A stretch of 33,981 nucleotides of DNA from an uncultured virus (IMG/VR IMGVR_UViG_3300030116_004105) (Duplodnaviria > Heunggongvirae > Uroviricota > Caudoviricetes): IMG/VR virus record IMGVR_UViG_3300030116_004105, positions 62,001-95,981 of that record. One strand, given 5' to 3'. Under the pieces are notes generated by a model. The model was not told where the DNA came from, made no database searches, and saw only the letters and a program-made list of their open reading frames with translations. How positions within the stretch are numbered: position 1 is the first letter of the stretch; each line of letters begins with the position of its first letter. The position numbers were made by a program, and so were the translations under genes. Shown here piece after piece: positions 28,865 through 33,981 of this stretch.

Positions 28865-29559
28865 TATTTTTGAGTATTAGGTTGAAAGTCAGACTTAGCA
28901 TTATTAGAACTATCTGTTAGAGTTTCTATAAAAGGCTTCATGTTTTGAGTTAACATACTAGTTTTTATTAAATCTAACATAGACGTAGATAAAGGATAAT
29001 CATGATTATCTGGATCATAAGAAGGATTACCATTTACATCCATAAAGTTTGATATTTCTCTTGGATTTTGAAACACTCCCTCTGCTTTTATTTTATCTAA
29101 GTACTTAGCCTCTGGACCAGTTACATAAATAAAATTATCTAACAAGAATGCAAAAGTCATACGCTTTGTATACTTATTAGTTCCTATCCAAGGAGCTCTA
29201 TTATAAGGTACCATATGAAAGTTAACAGATAAAATTCCTGTAGGCCCTATAGCTGTTATAAGATCTGAGTGCGATGTTTCTATTGGATTAGGTATTTGTT
29301 GCTTAGATCTCATTATTTTTAAATCAGCAGGTAGCCCACATGTTGATCCAGAAACAGCTTCCACATCTAAACAGTGTATAACCTGTTTAATATTATCTGA
29401 AATACTTCTTCGTTTATTTATATCTTGTCGTATAAACTGAGCTCTTAAGCTGTTTATTTGAAATTCTATTTGACGATCAGATATAATTTCATCGTCTGAT
29501 TGCATACCACCTCTAATAAGGTTTTTAATATCGTATACTATTTCTTTTATTGTTGCCAT
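28864..29559 (-). CDS. Tail ring / adaptor structural protein
   Basis: 231 aa. TIKEIVYDI..SDD..ISDRQIEF....RAQFIRQ and GVFQNP..YPL pattern; synteny upstream of the IHF-like gene. Confidence 0.68.
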   Translation of the reverse strand: MATIKEIVYDIKNLIRGGMQSDDEIISDRQIEFQINSLRAQFIRQDINKRRSISDNIKQVIHCLDVEAVSGSTCGLPADLKIMRSKQQIPNPIETSHSDLITAIGPTGILSVNFHMVPYNRAPWIGTNKYTKRMTFAFLLDNFIYVTGPEAKYLDKIKAEGVFQNPREISNFMDVNGNPSYDPDNHDYPLSTSMLDLIKTSMLTQNMKPFIETLTDSSNNAKSDFQPNTQK

Positions 29560-30723
29560 TTATTTTAAATTAACTTGTAAATATCCTTCACATCCTTTTT
29601 CTCTGTTCCATATATAAGCCTGCGCTTCTCTTTTACTATGATACCCCATCATTTTATGCCAGGCATCATGTGTTGCAATACTTGGAAGGAATCTAACTTT
29701 TACTCCTTGGTAGGTATTGACAATTTCTCTGTGCTGATGTCCGCAGTGCACTTCTCTGTGCTCACACTCTGCAAACATTGCTGGCCTTTCGGTTGCCATG
29801 AGAAGGGGCATGTCTGCCGGCTTCTCTTTATCCCCATGTGTAAACATAAGCATATTGTTTCCGTATTTGTAATACTTTCTTGACTCATAACTATTATATA
29901 CTGTCACTGGTTTATAATTTCTATACCAAGCTTCTATTACTTCTCCTATATAAAACATACGTTCAAAGTCATGGTTACCTTGCACCACTATAACATCTAC
30001 AGGTGCAAATGCAGATAGATAATCTATTGCTGTAACTAGTAACTTCCAGTAACCTCTAAAGGTTTGTTGCCATTCTTCAGCATCATGCTGTGGTGTACCT
30101 TTAGTGGTAGCTCTACTATATCCTTCAGAGTTAAGACCATCGTTACCAATAGGTAGTATAAATCTTTCTATGTTTAATCCTTTGGCTTTTCTATGTAACT
30201 CTTTTACAGTGTTCATAAAATCCAAATTATTATCCTCTTGAGATATAGCCCCTATCTTACCGTAATGAAAATCAGGTAAAGATATTTCGTAGGCTACAGG
30301 AGATCCCTCTGTAAGGTTGTAGTTAGGAACTGCAACCTCTGGGATATACTGTTTCATTTCTTCAAAGAACTCTTTTTTAAACTGCTTAAGATCAAATCCA
30401 TTTTCTTTTGTTACTACAGAAAACCTATATTCTCCATTAGCAGCTTGCCAGTGTTTGACTGACTTAACATCTTGTTTTTTTATTCCCCTCTCTTTTAGAT
30501 GTAAATCCAGTTCGGGTATATATAAAGGATCTATATCCCCTATATTTTTTGTTTCGTTTACATTATCATTACTATCCTTCCATCCGTATCCTCCTGCGTA
30601 TTTTCTGACTCCTCTAACAACCTTTGCTATATTGCTTTGGTCTATACCTAATGCACCACTTGCTTCATAGATACTAGAGAATTCATCAATAACGTTTCCT
30701 TCTCTGTCTAACTGTTGTATCAT
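29560..30723 (-). CDS. NUMOD1 DNA-binding domain fused to calcineurin-like metallophosphoesterase
   Basis: N-terminal IQQLDREGNVIDEFSSIYEASGALGIDQSNIAKVVRG..AGGYGWK (NUMOD1). Phosphoesterase motifs DFH, GND, GNHD, HGD and GHQH in order. Confidence 0.85.
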   Translation of the reverse strand: MIQQLDREGNVIDEFSSIYEASGALGIDQSNIAKVVRGVRKYAGGYGWKDSNDNVNETKNIGDIDPLYIPELDLHLKERGIKKQDVKSVKHWQAANGEYRFSVVTKENGFDLKQFKKEFFEEMKQYIPEVAVPNYNLTEGSPVAYEISLPDFHYGKIGAISQEDNNLDFMNTVKELHRKAKGLNIERFILPIGNDGLNSEGYSRATTKGTPQHDAEEWQQTFRGYWKLLVTAIDYLSAFAPVDVIVVQGNHDFERMFYIGEVIEAWYRNYKPVTVYNSYESRKYYKYGNNMLMFTHGDKEKPADMPLLMATERPAMFAECEHREVHCGHQHREIVNTYQGVKVRFLPSIATHDAWHKMMGYHSKREAQAYIWNREKGCEGYLQVNLK

Positions 30724-31106
30724 TGTTTTTTAATTTTTTCTATACTTCTTCCAGCAAAATAAGCACCGTACACGGTGATTAATAGTGTCTGGTAGATAGG
30801 AATATAAGCCGGAGCTATTTCAAATCCTCCTGCATTCCCATCAAATATAGAAATAATTACAAACATTGCTGTTAAAAATATACATATCAGCGGTCTAATG
30901 TTTTTACTTAGCCAGTTATCGGACTTCATATCAGCCTCCCAACGTCTAGTAACTTGTTCTTGTGCTTGAGCTTCAGCTTGCATAAGAACTTCTTCCATAG
31001 CCTGTTTAGCAGCTAATCTTTCTTCTTCAGTAGTAGTTAGATTATCTATTACTCCTCCTACTTTTTCTATAACGTTTCCGCCTAAAAATTTTAATAATTT
31101 ACTCAT
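30720..31106 (-). CDS. Holin (GTA 3TM-holin-like)
   Basis: TTEEERL..RWEADMKSDNWLSKNIRP, two hydrophobic helices, GAYFAGRSIEK; adjacent to the endolysin. Confidence 0.8.
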   Translation of the reverse strand: MSKLLKFLGGNVIEKVGGVIDNLTTTEEERLAAKQAMEEVLMQAEAQAQEQVTRRWEADMKSDNWLSKNIRPLICIFLTAMFVIISIFDGNAGGFEIAPAYIPIYQTLLITVYGAYFAGRSIEKIKKQ

Positions 31107-31576
31107 TAAAGTGCTTTTATATTATCACTGGCATGTCTATAAGCTGTTTTACCTTGATCGTTTTTATAAGCTTCTAGTACTTGCTTTCTATTTTTGCTTG
31201 AACTAAATGATATATGTATCCATGCAAAATCAAACTCGTTTATCATTTGATCAAATTCTAAACCTGAGTCTAGCACCCAATCATAGATAACTTTATTATT
31301 CATTTCTCCATCTTTCCAAAACTGCAGATCCAGTGCTTCACCTTTACAGTGTTGCGAGCGGCTACTTCCCCCGATAGCACGATTAAGTTTCGGGCTGCGA
31401 TAACCACTGCTAATACGGATAGGACCGATAGCATCGCGCATAGGCTGAACAAGCTCTGTAATGATAGTCTGCAGATTAGCCAGGTGTTCTTTATCTGGTT
31501 CATTACTTATTCCTTTTCTTCTTGCTGTATTACTTCGAGTAATCTCTGACAATACAAAATTCTTACTTAGTCTCAT
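31106..31576 (-). CDS. Peptidase M15A-family Zn endolysin
   Basis: LSKNF.LSE, ISSGYRS..LN..IGG...SQH..GEA.D and WIHIS Zn-ligand motifs. Confidence 0.9.
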   Translation of the reverse strand: MRLSKNFVLSEITRSNTARRKGISNEPDKEHLANLQTIITELVQPMRDAIGPIRISSGYRSPKLNRAIGGSSRSQHCKGEALDLQFWKDGEMNNKVIYDWVLDSGLEFDQMINEFDFAWIHISFSSSKNRKQVLEAYKNDQGKTAYRHASDNIKAL

Positions 31577-31585
31577 AATTTATAT

Positions 31586-31921
31586 TTAAAATGCTTCCAT
31601 TACAATTTCGTCTATAGACTCTTGCACTTCTTTTCTAGTGGCTTCCATAGTCATCATAATATTTGCTTGAAATCTTTTTACTTCTTCGTTATTATTAAAT
31701 ATCACAATAGTGGGAACTACCACTATTTTATATTCTTTAGACCACCTAGAGTCAGATGTTATATCTACTCGTTCTGTTTCACAGTCTGATAACTTTGGTA
31801 ACCATTCTACCTGGTTAGCTGCATTAAAACTAGCATTAAACTCAACAGCAACCATTCCATCAGGAAAGTCTTGAGCCATAGCGCCAGTGTAAATACAAAA
31901 TAAAACAAATAGTTTTTTCAT
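31586..31921 (-). CDS. Exported thioredoxin-fold protein lacking CxxC
   Basis: Signal peptide MKKLFVLF..AMA|Q. VEFNASFNAAN aligns with the Trx VDFWAxWCxxC; RVDI, YKIVVVPTIVIF (cis-Pro strand) and EEVKRF match Trx. Confidence 0.75.
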   Translation of the reverse strand: MKKLFVLFCIYTGAMAQDFPDGMVAVEFNASFNAANQVEWLPKLSDCETERVDITSDSRWSKEYKIVVVPTIVIFNNNEEVKRFQANIMMTMEATRKEVQESIDEIVMEAF

Positions 31922-31927
31922 AAGATA

Positions 31928-32212
31928 TTATTTTAAGTCATCTATCTTTTCCTCAAGACGTAGCATATGCCCTTTAATTTCTTTTACATCGTCTTGAGTT
32001 GTCATAATAGTTTGACGAATTAATTGATCCTTCATATCATACTCCATGCGAGTAATCTCAGGATCTGGTGGCTTAGGTAATTCCTTTGCCTCTGATATAT
32101 CTGATTGTAGTGTAAACCACATACCTACAAGAGTGAAGATTAACACTGCTATACCTGCTAATGTTTTTATACTCAGTTTTAGAGTTGTGTCTTCATTTAT
32201 TTCTTTTGCCAT
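31928..32212 (-). CDS. Single-pass membrane protein with C-terminal coiled coil
   Basis: TM segment LAGIAVLIFTLVGMWFTL, Pro linker LPKPPDP, heptads VKEIKGHMLRLEEKIDDLK. Confidence 0.75.
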   Translation of the reverse strand: MAKEINEDTTLKLSIKTLAGIAVLIFTLVGMWFTLQSDISEAKELPKPPDPEITRMEYDMKDQLIRQTIMTTQDDVKEIKGHMLRLEEKIDDLK

Positions 32213-32214
32213 CT

Positions 32215-33252
32215 TTAAAATATTACATAGTTAAGGCCAACGCTAAAGTTGTGCCATTGTCTGTTCCAATACTTATTGTATCTACCTTCTATAAATACAC
32301 CTAAGCTTTTATTAAATCTATATCCATATATAAGTCCTGCTGAATAATCTAACCATTGTTTACCCTTATAATTATAATAAGAGTATTCGTTACCTGTGTC
32401 TATATGATAAGGCATAAGGTTACCCCAGCTATGAAACCAAAAGTCTTTTGTAAAGTGATAGTAATCAAATCCTAATACTGCAGAGTATTCAACTATATTA
32501 GAAAGTGCAGATCTTTGCGCTTCTACATAATCATCTATTACTTGTGGTATAACAACTTCTTCCCATACCTCTTGACTAGTTGCTACTACCTCTCCATTGG
32601 GTGCTGAATATTGTCCATCTAATGTTATAGTGTATCCCTCTTGAAGTGCCAAGTATGTATAGTGTAATGTCCCATTGTCCAGCACCCAGTCTGCCAGGGG
32701 GTCAAATCCATATGGCTCTGCAAGTCGCTGTACTGCACCTACGTTTACAGATAGTTTACCTGCTTCACCTATTTGCAATCTAAATCTTTCTGATGCTTCA
32801 AAGTATTTTATGTCTGCAAAACCATCTTCAAGATACTCTATTTTACCTACCCAGCTATCTGCAACATATCTTACAAAATGATGCTGGTTAGTAAAATTAA
32901 CACCTAAACGGCGTACAAAATCAGCCTCGAATAAATACTCAAAGCCATCGACTCTACCAATTGTGGCAGCATCACTGTATGAATTTTCTGTACCATTATA
33001 AAAAGTAAGAGCCCTGTTTTCATATCCAAATCGTTTTATTTTTCTTATACCTATAGATAATGTATAATCAAAAGGTGTTTCTATTGTTTGTTCTTCTAGT
33101 GTACCAGATGTAATAGACCATATCTGATCATCACCTAATGATGTACCACCATTAACTGCAGCATAAAATGTAGAGTATTTAAATATTTTATGTAAACCTT
33201 GTGCGTTTCCTAAAAAAGGAATAAATACTAATATTAATAATAATTTTTTCAT
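32215..33252 (-). CDS. Predicted outer-membrane beta-barrel protein
   Basis: Signal peptide MKKLLLILVFIPFLGNA|Q; aromatic-rich amphipathic strands (YSAGLIYGYRF, LGVFIEGRY); C-terminal FSVGLNYVIF ends in Phe, like a BAM beta-signal. Confidence 0.75.
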   Translation of the reverse strand: MKKLLLILVFIPFLGNAQGLHKIFKYSTFYAAVNGGTSLGDDQIWSITSGTLEEQTIETPFDYTLSIGIRKIKRFGYENRALTFYNGTENSYSDAATIGRVDGFEYLFEADFVRRLGVNFTNQHHFVRYVADSWVGKIEYLEDGFADIKYFEASERFRLQIGEAGKLSVNVGAVQRLAEPYGFDPLADWVLDNGTLHYTYLALQEGYTITLDGQYSAPNGEVVATSQEVWEEVVIPQVIDDYVEAQRSALSNIVEYSAVLGFDYYHFTKDFWFHSWGNLMPYHIDTGNEYSYYNYKGKQWLDYSAGLIYGYRFNKSLGVFIEGRYNKYWNRQWHNFSVGLNYVIF

Positions 33253-33980
33253 TTCTTTAATACTTTTCTAGTGCTAGTGTTACCATTATATGTTACGCTA
33301 AAATTATATATACCTGCTGGTAATAAACCTACATCTAATTGATTTAATCCTTTATGCGTTTGATTTTCTTTTATTTTAATTACAAGTTTACCAGATACAT
33401 CATAGACTCTTATACTTACAGGACCATTTGTTAATATGTTTAACATATCTCCCATAGGATTTGGATACATAACTACATTATGCCCTCTAAGTAAATCTCT
33501 TGTATCTAATGGACTATCCCAAGAACAGCTCCAATATATCTGCTGACATTTATCATCCCATTCATTATTACAACAATAAGGATCTATTAAAATAACCCAA
33601 GCATAGCACGTGTCATTCAACCAATAAGGAATACCAGGACCATCAATACAACCTGCATCGTATAAACAACTTCCATCATCTGTATTGTATATAGCATCAT
33701 AATTGTATCCAAGCGGGTCCATACATCCTTCTAATACATCTATACATCCTCCATTGTCTGTGTTAGCTAATGAATCGTAATTAAATGCTGTATCGTCAGT
33801 ACATCCATAAACTACATCTACACATGAGAAATCTTCTGTATTTGCATCTGGACTGTAATTAAAAGCATTAGGGTCTGTGCATCCAGGTGTCACCGGAATA
33901 CACGATCCATTATCGGTGTTAGCAACAGGGTCATAATTAAATGCAATAGTATCAGTACAACCAAATATAAAAGGTATACA
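33249..33980 (-). CDS. T9SS substrate: Cys-rich GCTD repeats plus type A C-terminal sorting domain; 5' end beyond the window
   Basis: CTD VMYPNP..LNI..YDVSGKLV..LDV..LPAGIY..KVLKK (YPNP at 33456-33467). Frame open to the window edge (CIPFIFGCTDTIAFNY..), so GTG 33893 is not the start. Confidence 0.88.
   Translation of the reverse strand, partial: CIPFIFGCTDTIAFNYDPVANTDNGSCIPVTPGCTDPNAFNYSPDANTEDFSCVDVVYGCTDDTAFNYDSLANTDNGGCIDVLEGCMDPLGYNYDAIYNTDDGSCLYDAGCIDGPGIPYWLNDTCYAWVILIDPYCCNNEWDDKCQQIYWSCSWDSPLDTRDLLRGHNVVMYPNPMGDMLNILTNGPVSIRVYDVSGKLVIKIKENQTHKGLNQLDVGLLPAGIYNFSVTYNGNTSTRKVLKK
33654..33962 (-). repeat. Four tandem ~78-bp (26-aa) coding repeats GCxDxxAxNYxxxANTDxGxC
   Basis: Units begin at 33962, 33884, 33806 and 33728 (78-nt period); two Cys per unit. 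Confidence 0.92.
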
Positions 33981-33981
33981 G

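Larger units (their letters stand above)
1..33981. other. Segment of a crAss-like (Crassvirales) phage genome, Bacteroidota host
   Basis: Gene order ring protein / IHF-like / tail tubular / large tail stabilisation / cargo proteins / giant virion RNAP matches the crAss-like late module. T9SS CTD, signal peptides cleaved before Gln and AT-rich SD-less starts point to a Bacteroidota host. No cellular housekeeping genes. Confidence 0.88.

Noticed and set aside
31890..31921. Lipoprotein (o-spanin) signal at Cys9 of the 111-aa protein
   Set aside because: The Cys is too early and lacks a lipobox; AMA|Q fits SPase I better.
17931..32881. Other short overlapping ORFs in the track (e.g. 19615, 27364, 29638, 29700, 31300, 32675)
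   Set aside because: Nested in or antisense to confident genes, with no recognisable features.
33654..33962. 78-bp periodicity as a CRISPR array or DGR repeat
   Set aside because: Units are in-frame protein repeats diverging at synonymous sites; no identical repeats with unique spacers and no reverse transcriptase.
1..33981. Stop-codon reassignment (TAG/TGA) as in some crAss-like phages
   Set aside because: Genes tile densely under code 11, including a 14.7-kb ORF; TAA, TAG (27766) and TGA (855, 33249) all act as stops.

Overview
AT-rich fragment of a Crassvirales (crAss-like) phage genome, probably environmental and infecting a Bacteroidota (likely Flavobacteriales) host. All family assignments come from motifs and gene order read by eye; no searches were run. 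The left ~1.5 kb (+ strand) ends a DNA-metabolism module (rIIB-like gene, uracil-DNA glycosylase) and meets, at a hairpin terminator, a tightly packed minus-strand virion/late module of ~32 kb. In transcription order the module encodes: a Cys-rich repeat protein with a type IX secretion (T9SS) sorting domain (5'-truncated by the window), a predicted outer-membrane beta-barrel, a small membrane/coiled-coil protein, an exported CxxC-less thioredoxin-fold protein, an M15 endolysin, a holin, a NUMOD1-metallophosphoesterase fusion, a tail ring protein, an HU/IHF-like protein, two small proteins, a tail fibre, a tail tubular protein, a muzzle/stabilisation protein, two cargo proteins, a 4898-aa protein joining a two-barrel virion RNA polymerase (DFDWD) to a zincin domain (HEMLH), an unannotated 54-aa ORF and a 148-aa protein. 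The most notable elements are the four-gene cell-envelope/T9SS cassette and the fused RNAP-zincin giant protein. The standard genetic code fits; no CRISPR, tRNA or mobile element was seen.
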